From: a virus
Lineage: Duplodnaviria > Caudoviricetes
Reading direction: 5' to 3' (one strand)
DNA length: 64,000 bases
Virus record (IMG/VR): IMGVR_UViG_3300028797_006177
Span: 39,961 to 103,960 of that record
The notes beneath the pieces were generated by a model. It saw only the letters and a list, made by a program, of their open reading frames with translations. It did no database searches and had not been told where the DNA came from. Positions 39,122 through 49,386 of this stretch are shown piece by piece (the first letter of the stretch is position 1; every line of letters starts with the position of its first letter). The position numbers and the translations under genes were made by a program.

Positions 39122-39715
39122 ATGTCAGAATTAAAGCTAAAAGTCAAGAAATCCGTCCTGAAGCGCAAGCTGGATGGCGTGACCGTTGCAGGCTACTATG
39201 GCCGCGTGATTACTAACGGCAAGAAGACATTCGACGAGATTGCACGCTCGTCGGCCAAGAACACCACGCTCCACCCCAAGGAAGCGTCGCTGGCCGCTGA
39301 GCTGCTGCTCGAAGGAGTCGCCGAAGAACTGAAGCAGGGCTACATCGTGGACCTCGGACCTCTCGGCACCATCTATCCAGCCGTCAACTCGCCCTGGAAG
39401 CGCGATGCCGACGACCTCACGCTCTCCGAGATGAAGCCAAAGGTGAACTATGCCGCCAGCCGTGGCATCGCATCTGCCATCAGGGGAGCAGACCTCGGCT
39501 GGGCAACCGAAAAGGACGAAAAGGAAGGCACCGAGACACCATCCGACGACGACGACATCACGCAGAGCAACGACAACACCGGCGGTGACAACACTGGTGG
39601 TGACGACAATGGCTCACAGGGTGGAGGCAGCGGCACTGGAGGCGACAACACTGGTGGCACCGGTGGCGGTGACAACGGTGGCGGCGATCCCGACCCAGGC
39701 GACGACCAGGATTAA
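39122..39715 (+). CDS. Bacteroidetes HU-like DNA-binding protein with Gly/Asp-rich tail
   Basis: 'EELKQGYIVDLGPLGTIYP' HU-like core; GGDN tail. Confidence 0.85.
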   Translation: MSELKLKVKKSVLKRKLDGVTVAGYYGRVITNGKKTFDEIARSSAKNTTLHPKEASLAAELLLEGVAEELKQGYIVDLGPLGTIYPAVNSPWKRDADDLTLSEMKPKVNYAASRGIASAIRGADLGWATEKDEKEGTETPSDDDDITQSNDNTGGDNTGGDDNGSQGGGSGTGGDNTGGTGGGDNGGGDPDPGDDQD

Positions 39716-39764
39716 GAGCGACCGCAATTCATAATTCACAGTGTCCCGCCCCACAGGACACTAA

Positions 39765-39805
39765 AAATCCCGCCGCAGGACCACGATAGCCTGTCGGCGG
39801 GATTA
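39765..39805. terminator. Bidirectional hairpin between convergent genes
   Basis: AATCCCGCCG...CGGCGGGATT. Confidence 0.6.
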
Positions 39806-39833
39806 TTGTGCAATCGTCAAACGGTAAATGTCA

Positions 39834-40385
39834 TTACCAATCTTCCTCTGCCTCCACCTTTTTTTCGTTGACGTACTTTGTCAGGTCGGCCACGATTTTC
39901 TGGAACGTCCCTTCGCAGGCAGGCTTGCCGTTCTTGTGGTAGTATTTGTAGCAAGTCTTCTGCTGCCCTGACAGCCCAAGGTCGCCCAGGTTCTTCGGCA
40001 GTTCGTCCACCAGTATGCCCATGTTGTTGTCGAATGCGGCTTGGTGGTCTGCCCTGTGGTTGAAGTTGCGCATCGTCAGCTTCAACCTGCCGTCGCGGAA
40101 CTGCACGTCAATCAGAAACTCGATGAAGCCGTTGATGCTCGAATACATCATGTTTGCCGTGAATGGCATCGTACCCTTGCCTGTGATTTGCTTGCCTGGA
40201 TTCTCGTTCTGGATGACAGCCTTGCTGTCGTTGAACGACTCCACGAACCAGTTTCGCGTAGCCTCGTAGAGCGCATTCGCGTCCATGTTTTCCTGTTTGA
40301 TAACCGCGCTCAGCTCCAACGGCTTCTGCGCCCACACACTCACTGTCATAGCTGCCAATGCAGCCAAAATCATAAATCTTTTCAT
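39834..40385 (-). CDS. Secreted DUF4468-like protein (moron)
   Basis: Signal peptide; 'LYEATRNWF...SKAVIQ...GKG...FRDGRLK' pattern. Confidence 0.7.
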   Translation of the reverse strand: MKRFMILAALAAMTVSVWAQKPLELSAVIKQENMDANALYEATRNWFVESFNDSKAVIQNENPGKQITGKGTMPFTANMMYSSINGFIEFLIDVQFRDGRLKLTMRNFNHRADHQAAFDNNMGILVDELPKNLGDLGLSGQQKTCYKYYHKNGKPACEGTFQKIVADLTKYVNEKKVEAEEDW

Positions 40386-40398
40386 ATCGCCTATATTT

Positions 40399-40785
40399 TT
40401 AATTTTTCATAATCCCTATCGTCACTGCCTTGTTGCAATGCGGGCAGAGGAAAGCTGCCACTGGCTGCAAGGGCTGCTCATGCTGACCGAACACCAATTC
40501 CTCCAACTTCGACATCTGCTCCTGATGTTCGATTGACGAAGATTCGGCTTCTGTCTGTTCTGCTGGCTGTTCCGCTGGCCGTTGTTGCCCCTTGCCTTCA
40601 TTCTCATACCAGTCGTCGAAGAACTCAGCAGGATGGCAACCAACAATCTTGGCGATGTCTATCATCTTCTTCACATTCGGGTATGCACTGATGGTCGCCG
40701 ACAGCGATCCCTTCGTGATGCCAAGCTCATTGGCCACCTGTTCCAACGTGAAGCCATGCTTCTGTATAACTGCTAATATCTGCAT
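40399..40785 (-). CDS. XRE-family HTH regulator with C-terminal CxxC
   Basis: 'TLEQVANELGITKGSLS'; 'CPHCNK'. Confidence 0.85.
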   Translation of the reverse strand: MQILAVIQKHGFTLEQVANELGITKGSLSATISAYPNVKKMIDIAKIVGCHPAEFFDDWYENEGKGQQRPAEQPAEQTEAESSSIEHQEQMSKLEELVFGQHEQPLQPVAAFLCPHCNKAVTIGIMKN

Positions 40786-41184
40786 GATTTTTATCTTTTC
40801 TTAGTTTTGTTTGAATTTTGCTGCAAATGTATGATGTTTTTACTAAATATCCAAACTTTTAAGCAAGTTTTTATAACTTTTTGGCAACTTTGTTTGATAT
40901 TTTCGCTTTTTCCTGCACTTTCTCGGCAATTTTTAGCCTCTTTTTGCGGCGGAAATCCAAACGGCTTTCTGTCCCCTCGCAAAATGCACTAAATATCAGC
41001 ATTTTAGGCTTTCTGTTCTTTTTGCAGCGGAAATCACGATGCCGAAGGAAAGTTGTAACTCGCTGATTTTTATATCTTCTCATTTCGGCAACCAAACCCG
41101 ATGCCTTTGATTCAAAGAGAAGACCGCCGCCACACTGGGCGCGACCGGCTGCGCCCTGCGGCCCTGAATGCAGGGAATATGCTC

Positions 41185-41615
41185 CGGCCTTGCAGAGCGA
41201 ATGCTCGGAGCACCTTGAAGCCCTTGCAGGTGAAGATGCAGCCTTGAAGCCCTTGAAGCCTTGAAGCCCTTGCAGGTGAAGATGCAGCCTTGAAGCCCTT
41301 GAAGCCTTGAAGCCCTTGCAGGTGAAGATGCAGCCTTGAAGCCCTTGAAGCCTTAAAGCCCTTGCAGATGATGATGCAGCCTTGAAGCCCTGCAAGCAGG
41401 TGAAAGCCCTTGCAGATGATGATGCAGCCTTGAAGCCCTTGAAGCCCTTGAAGCCCTTGCAGGTGAAGATGCAGCCTTGAAGCCCTTGAAGCCCTGCAAA
41501 ACACTATACATTATTATATATATATAAGGCTGCAAGATGAAGCCTTGAAGCCCTGCAAGGTGATGAAGCCTTGCAAGATCTTGAAGCGAATGCAAGATGA
41601 AGCCTTGAAGATGCA
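41185..41615 (+). repeat. Left low-complexity repeat block of the AAA/vWA island
   Basis: Permuted words GAAGCC(C)TT, GCAGGT and GATGCAG; a ~46-bp unit repeated about 3 times. Confidence 0.9.
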
Positions 41616-41716
41616 GAAATAACAATAAAATGCAAGATGAAAAAGCCCTTTTTGCACTAAAATTGAAAGAAAAACACGAAAAAGTTACTTTTGAATGAAA
41701 AAAACTCCTTAAAATG

Positions 41717-41746
41717 TTTGTATATTCATATTATTTTGTAACTTTG
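41717..41746 (+). promoter_or_regulatory. Canonical Bacteroidetes promoter
   Basis: TTTG-N18-TAACTTTG upstream of 41810. Confidence 0.7.
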
Positions 41747-41809
41747 CAAGCGAAAAGTTAACATTTAATTATTAATCAAGGTGAAAGCCTTATCAAAAAA
41801 CAAAGTATT

Positions 41810-43372
41810 ATGAAGCAATTAAAAAGTGAAATTCTTGCTATCAAAGCAAGAGGCACCTATGAAGGCAAACAGTACTCCGTATCTGGTGCAAAGTGTGAAC
41901 TTTATCTTGAAGATGATAATATCTTCTTAATGTCACACAATTCAAAATGGAATAGGCTCGAAGAAGATGAAGCCTTGCAGCCTAAGAAAATGCATTCCTG
42001 GAAAAGTTATGCTTTTATCTGCAAAGCTAAGAAGATGCACGAATCACTTTCAAGTAGTGACATATCATTCTATAATGCAGAAATAAATGCAGCACTTAAT
42101 ATGATTATAGAATCTTTTGATTTATATGAAGTGAAGAAAGATGATGCACCAGTGAAAGATGATGCAGCCTTGCAGCCCTTGAAGAAAGATGAAGATGCAC
42201 CAGTGAAAGATGATGCAGTGCAGCCCTTGAAGAAAGATGAAGATGCACCAGTGAAAGATGATGCAGTGCAGCCCTTGAAGAAAGATGAAGATGCACCAGT
42301 GAAAGATGATGCAGTGCAGCCCTTGAAGAAAGATGATGCAGTGCAGCCCTTGCAGGGCTTGCAAGGTGCAGTTCTTGCAGGTGATAAGATGCAGATGATG
42401 CAGATGATGATGCAGATGATGATGCAGCCTTCAGGAATAAGTGAAGAAGCCTTGCAGATGATTCAAGGATTAAAGAATCAAAATGAACTGCAAGCAAAAG
42501 CCCTTGAAGCATATAAGACAAGATTAGAAGCCCTTGAAAATAAGGCACCTTCAAGGATTATTCACGAATTTCATACAGAAAAAGGTATTAAGAAGATAGA
42601 AGGTGAAATTTACCACAAGAACTTTGATAAGATTATGAAGGTTATAAACTTGAATATACCGGTTTATCTGTTTGGCCCTGCTGGTAGTGGAAAGAATGTA
42701 CTTGCGGAGCAGATAGCAAAAGCCCTTGATATTCCCTTCTATTATTCGAATAGTGTTACACAAGAATTCAAGGTTACCGGACATTCTGACATTAATGGAA
42801 AACTTGTTGAAACAGAATTTTATAAGGCTTTCACTAAGGGAGGCTTATTCATGCTTGACGAAGTAGATTCAAGTGATCCTAATGCTTTGATAGTTCTTAA
42901 TGCTGCACTTGCTAATGGATATTTTGATTTTCCAGTAGTAGGTAAGATGATGATGCATGAAGATTTTAGGTGCATAGCTGCAGGTAACACAAAAGGCACT
43001 GGAGCAACCTTAGAATATTCTTCAAGGTTTATTATAGATGAAGCCACAAGGGATCGCTTTTGCTTCTTTGAAGTAGATTATGATGAAAACATAGAAAAAG
43101 CCATTATAAAAAGGTATGATGCAGATGATGAAATTTTGCCTTTTGTCTATGATATTCGCAAAAGTGCAAAGAAGAATCAAGTACATGTTTTGTCCGGTAA
43201 CAGATTAATCAAGAATCTTGCAAGGCTTACAAAAGCAGGATTATCAATTAAAGATGCAGTGTTAAGTGCTTTCTTTGATAAGTACAACAAAGATGATTTA
43301 AGAATCCTTGCAGGTGACATGCTTACATATAATAATAAATATACTGAAGCCTTGAAGATGCTTGCAGCATAG
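41810..43372 (+). CDS. AAA+ ATPase (MoxR/CbbQ/CobS-like) with repeat-containing N-terminus
   Basis: Walker A 'GPAGSGKN', Walker B 'FMLDEVD', 'IAAGNT' and 'DEATRDRF'. Confidence 0.9.
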   Translation: MKQLKSEILAIKARGTYEGKQYSVSGAKCELYLEDDNIFLMSHNSKWNRLEEDEALQPKKMHSWKSYAFICKAKKMHESLSSSDISFYNAEINAALNMIIESFDLYEVKKDDAPVKDDAALQPLKKDEDAPVKDDAVQPLKKDEDAPVKDDAVQPLKKDEDAPVKDDAVQPLKKDDAVQPLQGLQGAVLAGDKMQMMQMMMQMMMQPSGISEEALQMIQGLKNQNELQAKALEAYKTRLEALENKAPSRIIHEFHTEKGIKKIEGEIYHKNFDKIMKVINLNIPVYLFGPAGSGKNVLAEQIAKALDIPFYYSNSVTQEFKVTGHSDINGKLVETEFYKAFTKGGLFMLDEVDSSDPNALIVLNAALANGYFDFPVVGKMMMHEDFRCIAAGNTKGTGATLEYSSRFIIDEATRDRFCFFEVDYDENIEKAIIKRYDADDEILPFVYDIRKSAKKNQVHVLSGNRLIKNLARLTKAGLSIKDAVLSAFFDKYNKDDLRILAGDMLTYNNKYTEALKMLAA

Positions 43373-43467
43373 AAGCAGATGAAGCCTTGAAGCCCTGCAA
43401 AGGGCTTTCAAGGGCTTCAAAGATAGAAGATACAAGAATATAAGGTAACACTAAAAACAAAGCGAAA

Positions 43468-44313
43468 ATGAAGCACATTTTAAATATATATAATAGCTTG
43501 CACGAGCTTTCTTCATACCTTGCACAAGAAGGCACAAGTACACTTTTTGAATTTAGAAAGAATCATCTTTCAAGTGAAGCAGAAGGTGATAAGGCTTTCA
43601 AGTTCACGAGCACTAAATCATATAAAGATGCAGATGATTTAATGAAATTCGGTGACAAGAAGAATGCAAAGAAGCTAAATGCAGCCTTGAAGATTAATGC
43701 ACCTGCATTCGGTATGATGAATAAGAAAAAAGCATTTAACTCTGTTTGGGGATTTATTCCTAATGTAGGTGCAGCCCTTGCAGGTGATCCATTAAATATG
43801 ATTATGATGCAGAATATACCAGCACAAAAGAAAGTTATAACTATCATTTATGATAAATCTGTAGATCACACTATCAAGACAAGTGAAATTATAGAAGCAA
43901 GTGCAAGATTAATTAATGCTATCATAGCACTTGAAAATGCAGGTAAGCGAGTAAATCTGTTTATCTTAGGAGGATTCGCTAATAAATATAGTGTGAATGC
44001 AGATGAAAGCATGATAGCACTTACAAAGATTAAAGATTCTGGTAGTTTATTCGAAAAGGAAAAACTTGCATATTCCCTGCTTAATCCTTCATTCCATAGA
44101 AGGCACATGTTTAAGTGCTTAGAAAAGCAAGAAGGCTTAACACTTAGTGCTTTTCACGAGCATTATGGATATCCTCCTCATAAAGGGCTTACAGAAAAAG
44201 TGCTTAAAGAAAAAAGATTTAATTATGATGCACTTTTCACTTTCTATGATATTCGTGACAAGCAAGATGAAGATATTAAGAAGATGATAGAAGCAAGGAA
44301 AAGTGCAGCATGA
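43468..44313 (+). CDS. vWA-like partner of the AAA+ ATPase
   Basis: 'ITIIYDKSV' degenerate MIDAS strand, 'LENAGKRVNL' and 'PSFHRR'; adjacent to a MoxR-like ATPase. Confidence 0.65.
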   Translation: MKHILNIYNSLHELSSYLAQEGTSTLFEFRKNHLSSEAEGDKAFKFTSTKSYKDADDLMKFGDKKNAKKLNAALKINAPAFGMMNKKKAFNSVWGFIPNVGAALAGDPLNMIMMQNIPAQKKVITIIYDKSVDHTIKTSEIIEASARLINAIIALENAGKRVNLFILGGFANKYSVNADESMIALTKIKDSGSLFEKEKLAYSLLNPSFHRRHMFKCLEKQEGLTLSAFHEHYGYPPHKGLTEKVLKEKRFNYDALFTFYDIRDKQDEDIKKMIEARKSAA

Positions 44314-44314
44314 A

Positions 44315-44770
44315 AGCAGATGAAGCCTTGAAGCCCTGCAAAGGGCTTTCAAGGCTTCAAAAGATGCAGGTGACAAGATGCACCAGTGAAGCAAGCAAAA
44401 GCCCTTGAAGGGCTTAAAAAGGCTTTCTTGAAGCCCTTGCAAGATGAAGCCTTGAAGATGCTCGGAGCATTCCTGCATGATGCAGCCTTGAAGCCCTGCA
44501 AGCAGGTGAAAGCCCTTGCAGGTGATGATGAAGCCTTGAAGCCCTGCAAGCAGGTGAAAGCCCTTGCAGATGATGATGCAGCCTTGAAGCCCTTGAAGAT
44601 GCTCGGAGCATTCATTCAAGATGAAGCCTTGAAGATGATGAAGCCTTGAAGATGATGAAGCCTTGAAGATGATGAAGCCTTGAAGATGATGAAGCCTTGA
44701 AGATGATGAAGCCTTGAAGATGATGAAGCCTTGAAGATGATGAAGCCTTGAAGATGATGAAGCCTTGAAG
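44315..44770 (+). repeat. Right repeat block; includes GATGAAGCCTTGAAGAT (17 bp) as 8 full copies plus 1 partial at 44620-44770
   Basis: Counted directly. Confidence 0.95.
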
Positions 44771-44884
44771 CCCTTATATTATATATTATATGTATGTTAT
44801 AGATGTTATAGAAAATTAGAAAAATTAGAAAATTATATATATTATAGAACCGCTGAGAAATCAGCATTAAAAAAATTAAGTATT

Positions 44885-45103
44885 ATGAACACAAAAATTT
44901 ATCTTCTGAGTTTTACGTTTGGACTCAACGCGACAACGACAACGATTTACACGAGCGACCCGCTCGGCACAGTCATGCAACTTGCAGCAAAGGGGCACCA
45001 ACTTGAGCACGTGACATATAAGGCCGTGCCTGAAAGCGAAACGGCTGCAGCTGCGGAGCAGATGAAAGCGGAGCAGGAGTGGAAATTTATGGAATGGAGC
45101 TGA
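44885..45103 (+). CDS. Small early-region hypothetical protein
   Basis: ATG 44885 after an A-rich leader. Confidence 0.6.
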   Translation: MNTKIYLLSFTFGLNATTTTIYTSDPLGTVMQLAAKGHQLEHVTYKAVPESETAAAAEQMKAEQEWKFMEWS

Positions 45104-45240
45104 ATAAGTTAAGAGTTAAGAGTTAAGAATTATATATTATAGGACCGCTGAGAAATCACAGATTTTTGAATTTATAAATTTTGAATTTTGAATTATAATT
45201 TTTAATCCGTCCTTTATAGGACATCAAAAAAATTACAGAT

Positions 45241-45801
45241 ATGGCAACAATTAAGATGAACGCCACAAAAGGCGCAAACGAGAACGGAAACGGCATGAGC
45301 CAAAGTTTTGTAAATCCTTTCAACAACAACGACCCCGAGCGGTATTGGGAGAGCCGCGACTATGCTATGAACATCGCGGCCACGGCCCTGCGGCAAATCT
45401 TCGGCAGCTTGGCGGAGGACTTCGGCAAGGAGCATTGGGTTGGAGTCATCAGTTCCTGGGGCTGCGTGACGATTGAGGGCAAGATTGTTCACCGAGTGCT
45501 CCGCTGGCGCGAGATGCCCGCCATCGCGCTGCGTGTGCATGGCTACGAGCATGACGGGTGGGTGATTGTCAGCCTGAACGAAGGGGCGGACGTGTACGAG
45601 GTGGAATTGGCGGACGAGCAATTTTTCGCCATTGAAGGCAGCCGCCACGAGGAGGTATATTGCGACATGCTTGGCTCGCTTATAGACCGCCTCGTGGAAA
45701 CGGGCGACAAGACAAAAGCGGAGTATGACGCTCAAATCAAAGCATCATATCCGGCTGAATGCTTTGCGAAGGAGCACGGAGTGCAGGTGGTCTATTTATA
45801 G
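45241..45801 (+). CDS. Early-region hypothetical protein
   Basis: 186 aa. Confidence 0.75.
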   Translation: MATIKMNATKGANENGNGMSQSFVNPFNNNDPERYWESRDYAMNIAATALRQIFGSLAEDFGKEHWVGVISSWGCVTIEGKIVHRVLRWREMPAIALRVHGYEHDGWVIVSLNEGADVYEVELADEQFFAIEGSRHEEVYCDMLGSLIDRLVETGDKTKAEYDAQIKASYPAECFAKEHGVQVVYL

Positions 45802-45863
45802 GCCGCCTGCGAAATTAGGCTTTTTCAATCTTTTAATTTTTCAATTTTTCAACTTTTATTGTC

Positions 45864-46604
45864 ATGGATAAGTTATTAAATTACATTGTTGGCCGTATGA
45901 ACGGCGCGAAGTATGGGGCGCCGGAGTTTTATTGGTGGGTGAGCGAGAACCTTCCGAAGGCGGACGCGGAGCCTATCTTGGACGCAATCGACTCGGCTTG
46001 TGAGGCAAACGTGAAACGCGCCATATCGGACTACTTTACTCGGCATCAGCTTTATCCCCTTGCGCTGCACTATGTGGCTGCAGCAAGCTGGCTGAATGAT
46101 GACCCCGAACAGAGTAACCCTCTTACCTACGGGACCTATGTGACGATGCACAGCACGGAGCACGCACTTGACACGCAGGAGGACGAGTACGAGATTGAGG
46201 CGACATATCAGGCGGACGCGAGGCTCACACTGCGCAGGCAGGTCATTGGGGCGTATCTGCAAGCCTTGAGGCACGGCCATAAGCCTTGGCGGGGTATCGT
46301 TATAGAGCTTCCGCGAAATCGGTTTAATGTGGAGTGTGTTTCGCTTCGCTGCTTGAAGGCGGACAGAGACCGCGTGCAGGGTGCTTTTATGGCGCAACAC
46401 GAAAAGAACCGGCACCTACCGCCCGAAGAACAAAAGGAGGCGACAATCCGCGATGTGCATTTTAACGTGCATGTGACAATCAGGACGGGCAAAGGCATTA
46501 GCGGTTTCGCAGTGGAGCGCGTGGTGACGCTGCATGTGAAGCATCAGCACGTATCGGCCCATCCGAGGGAGTGGTACTTGAAAAATAAAAAAATGAAGAA
46601 TTAA
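45864..46604 (+). CDS. Early-region hypothetical protein
   Basis: 246 aa. Confidence 0.7.
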   Translation: MDKLLNYIVGRMNGAKYGAPEFYWWVSENLPKADAEPILDAIDSACEANVKRAISDYFTRHQLYPLALHYVAAASWLNDDPEQSNPLTYGTYVTMHSTEHALDTQEDEYEIEATYQADARLTLRRQVIGAYLQALRHGHKPWRGIVIELPRNRFNVECVSLRCLKADRDRVQGAFMAQHEKNRHLPPEEQKEATIRDVHFNVHVTIRTGKGISGFAVERVVTLHVKHQHVSAHPREWYLKNKKMKN

Positions 46605-46682
46605 GAATGAAGAATTAAGAATTATATATTATAGAAAGGCTGCGAAATTAGAGTTTTTCTTTTCATAATACTTTGTTAAATA

Positions 46683-46718
46683 GAAAAGGGCTGCGTCGTG
46701 ATGACGCGGCCCTTTTCG
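46683..46718. terminator. Bidirectional intrinsic terminator
   Basis: GAAAAGGGCTGCGTC...GACGCGGCCCTTTTC. Confidence 0.75.
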
Positions 46719-46804
46719 CTTTTGCTCGCTGAAAGCTGCTCGCCACAACAGCCGTTTTATAGGGCGTGTGGGAAATTAGTCGTTATTATAGGCGGTGTGA
46801 AAAA

Positions 46805-47302
46805 TTAGTCGTTTACAAGCCTGTAGCGGCGCGTTTCGCCTTTCAGCGGGTCAATGGTCAGCAGGTCGTAATCAAGGCCGCTGGCGGGCTTCTGTGGGGC
46901 TTGTGGGGCTTCTTCGCTTTCTTTGCTCGCGATGGAATCACTCGCCACACTACCGGCGGCGGGTGCCTGCGGTTCTGGCGGCAACTGTCCGGCGGCGCGG
47001 AGGTCGGCGATGACTTCGGCGGGAGTGTTGAGCAACATCCAGGCGGGGACATCCAGGGCGGCGGCGATGCGGTCAATGGTGGAGAGCGTTGGGTTCTTCT
47101 GTCCTTTCAGGAAGCCGGTGACGTTACTGGGGTTCAGGTCAAGGGCGGTGGCGAGCTGCGTGGGCGACATGGAGCGCAAGGCCATAAGGTCTTTTAGCAG
47201 TGCGGTAAGTTTCGCGGGTCGGTCCTGCGGGGTGTCGGGTGCCGCTTGGCTTGCTTCTTGCAGGATCAATTCTTCTTGCAGGGCGATTTCTTCTTCTGTC
47301 AT
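46805..47302 (-). CDS. XRE-family HTH regulator
   Basis: 'SPTQLATALDLNPSNVTGFLKGQKNPTLSTIDRIAAALDV'. Confidence 0.88.
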   Translation of the reverse strand: MTEEEIALQEELILQEASQAAPDTPQDRPAKLTALLKDLMALRSMSPTQLATALDLNPSNVTGFLKGQKNPTLSTIDRIAAALDVPAWMLLNTPAEVIADLRAAGQLPPEPQAPAAGSVASDSIASKESEEAPQAPQKPASGLDYDLLTIDPLKGETRRYRLVND

Positions 47303-47536
47303 GGTTTTGCGTGTTTATGTTTTATTATTCTACATTTATATTATAATATACTTAAATCGGGTGCAAAATACGGGCTTTTTCAATTAAAAACAAAGAAAAA
47401 CGCATTAATTTTGCTTTTTATTGAAAATAATTGCAAGAATGTTTGGCGGTTTCAACATTTTGTTGTAACTTTGCAGCAGATTTAATAACAATTAAATGTT
47501 TAACCGCCGAGAAATCGGCAATAAAAAATTAAAGTT

Positions 47537-47722
47537 ATGGCACAGACAATGACCTATGCTGCAAGAAAGGAAGCAGCACGTGAGCAAGCAATCGACTGGC
47601 AGGATTGGCTCAGCGAAAACAATGTTTCCTACGAAGGGCTCGCAATCGCAACTAACTATTTTGAAAAACTCGGCAGGCGCTACGGACTCATCCGCGAATT
47701 TCGTGAGAACGCAATTATATAG
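47537..47722 (+). CDS. Small hypothetical protein
   Basis: 61 aa after canonical promoter TTTG-N20-TAACTTTG (47442-47473). Confidence 0.7.
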   Translation: MAQTMTYAARKEAAREQAIDWQDWLSENNVSYEGLAIATNYFEKLGRRYGLIREFRENAII

Positions 47723-47800
47723 GGCGAATTATTATCTACTATACATTATAATATATTATTATAGAACCGCTGAGAAATTAGCATTAAAACATTTACGACT

Positions 47801-48145
47801 ATGGCAAACAAGAGACAAAAGGAGTGGGCGTATTTTGATACGAGCTTCGACAAGGAACCATGTTTTGAATTGATGATGAAGTACGGCGACGCGAAGGCGT
47901 GTTGTCATCCAGGTCCCTGCGACTACGACTGCGAGGGAGTGATGCAACTGCCATACATGCGCAAGCAGCTCGACCAACTGACCGACAAGCAGATTGAGGT
48001 AGCTGTCCGTGAGTATGGAGTGGAATTTGAAGAGTACGAAGGGCGCGAAGTGCCGCGCAACATCTTGGAGCTTTATCTGGTCTGGCTGGCTGCGGGCGAC
48101 ATCGTTGATGAAGTCTATGAACGCGAAAACCGCAAAGCTGCATAA
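47801..48145 (+). CDS. Early-region hypothetical protein
   Basis: 114 aa. Confidence 0.7.
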   Translation: MANKRQKEWAYFDTSFDKEPCFELMMKYGDAKACCHPGPCDYDCEGVMQLPYMRKQLDQLTDKQIEVAVREYGVEFEEYEGREVPRNILELYLVWLAAGDIVDEVYERENRKAA

Positions 48146-48202
48146 CATTATATTATTTATTATAGAATCTCTGCAAGATTAACCTTTTCAACTTTTATTA
48201 TT

Positions 48203-48691
48203 ATGAATAGCAAAAATAATTACCAATTAGGCGACCGCGTAAAGAACAACGCAACGGGCGCAATAGGCACTATCACGGACTTTGGCACACATGAAGGCAA
48301 AACGACTTACATTGTGAAGTACAACGAAATGCAACGCAGGCCGGACGGCTTCGAGTATCAGAACGAGGAAGTATTTGCCGAGGAAATCAGTATCATGGCA
48401 AAGTATATTCTTTCTATTACGGCTCACACAAAGATGGACGACGCGGGCAACTCGGCTTCGTGGTGCTTGTGGAGCAAGGAGTTTGACAAGAACATTACGA
48501 ACATCGGTATCACGAACAGCTGTCCTCCCGTGCTTGACAGGTTGCTGACACTCATGCCCTGCGGGGAATGGACCATTGACGACGGAGAAGATGTGCGCGG
48601 CACGACATATTGTCAATATGTGTGGTACGAGGATGGTAACACCGAAACGGGTAACTACCTGCTCGGTGCGTGGCACGAACTTCAAGATTAA
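48203..48691 (+). CDS. Hypothetical protein with N-terminal SH3/KOW-like segment
   Basis: 'YQLGDRVK...GAIGTITD...YIVKY'. Confidence 0.65.
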   Translation: MNSKNNYQLGDRVKNNATGAIGTITDFGTHEGKTTYIVKYNEMQRRPDGFEYQNEEVFAEEISIMAKYILSITAHTKMDDAGNSASWCLWSKEFDKNITNIGITNSCPPVLDRLLTLMPCGEWTIDDGEDVRGTTYCQYVWYEDGNTETGNYLLGAWHELQD

Positions 48692-48792
48692 AAGATTAAA
48701 AAATTAAAAAGTTAAAAAAGAGTCTATTATAGCACCTCTGCAAGATTAGTGATTTTTCATTTTTAATTGTTCATTTTTAATTTATTCATATT

Positions 48793-49386
48793 ATGATTAT
48801 TGATTTTATTCTTGACCGCAAGGGCGGTGAAAAAAAGTATGTGGCTAACGACTTTTATCTGGAGCTGATGGACTACCGCAAGACGTGGCCCGCTATCTGC
48901 GACCCGATTATTACGGCGATGGATGCAGGCTCGGAGCAGGACGTGATTAGCGAACTGTGCAACTACATCAAGGAGCAGCAGTGGCCGGAAGCTCTGTGCA
49001 ACTGGATTTCGTCTGTGAAGTGGACGGAGGACGATCCTGAACGGGGCTTTGAAATCCGCGTGAAGTTTGCGGCTGTGGATGTGATGGGCAAGGACTATGT
49101 GGAGCGGTTCGTGACGTGGCAACCTATTCCGCCAAGCGAAGCGGAAGATAAGTTAAAGCCACTCGCGGAGGCGATGCACATTGCCATGAACATGGGATGG
49201 CAGGTGTGGCGCAAACTGACGATGGAGGTGCCCGAAATCAAGCAGACGCTTGTCTGTGCGCCGAAGGATGCGGAGTCAGCGAAGCAACTGCAAGAGCTTT
49301 TGGAACGTGCGGAGCGAGAAGGCCGTCCCGTGACGGCTGAAACGCAGGCGCGGACTATTCTTGCAAAATCTGTGGGGGAAGCCTAA
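48793..49386 (+). CDS. Early-region hypothetical protein
   Basis: 197 aa; N-terminus resembles that of 45864..46604. Confidence 0.7.
   Translation: MIIDFILDRKGGEKKYVANDFYLELMDYRKTWPAICDPIITAMDAGSEQDVISELCNYIKEQQWPEALCNWISSVKWTEDDPERGFEIRVKFAAVDVMGKDYVERFVTWQPIPPSEAEDKLKPLAEAMHIAMNMGWQVWRKLTMEVPEIKQTLVCAPKDAESAKQLQELLERAEREGRPVTAETQARTILAKSVGEA

Noticed and set aside
40871-41625. ORFs 40871..41395, 41112..41504 and 41353..41625 (also 44137..44867)
   Set aside because: They are translations of the repeat blocks (ASRASRLH/LQGFK) with no start context
41185-44770. CRISPR array
   Set aside because: Repeats are tandem or permuted with no unique spacers, and there are no cas genes
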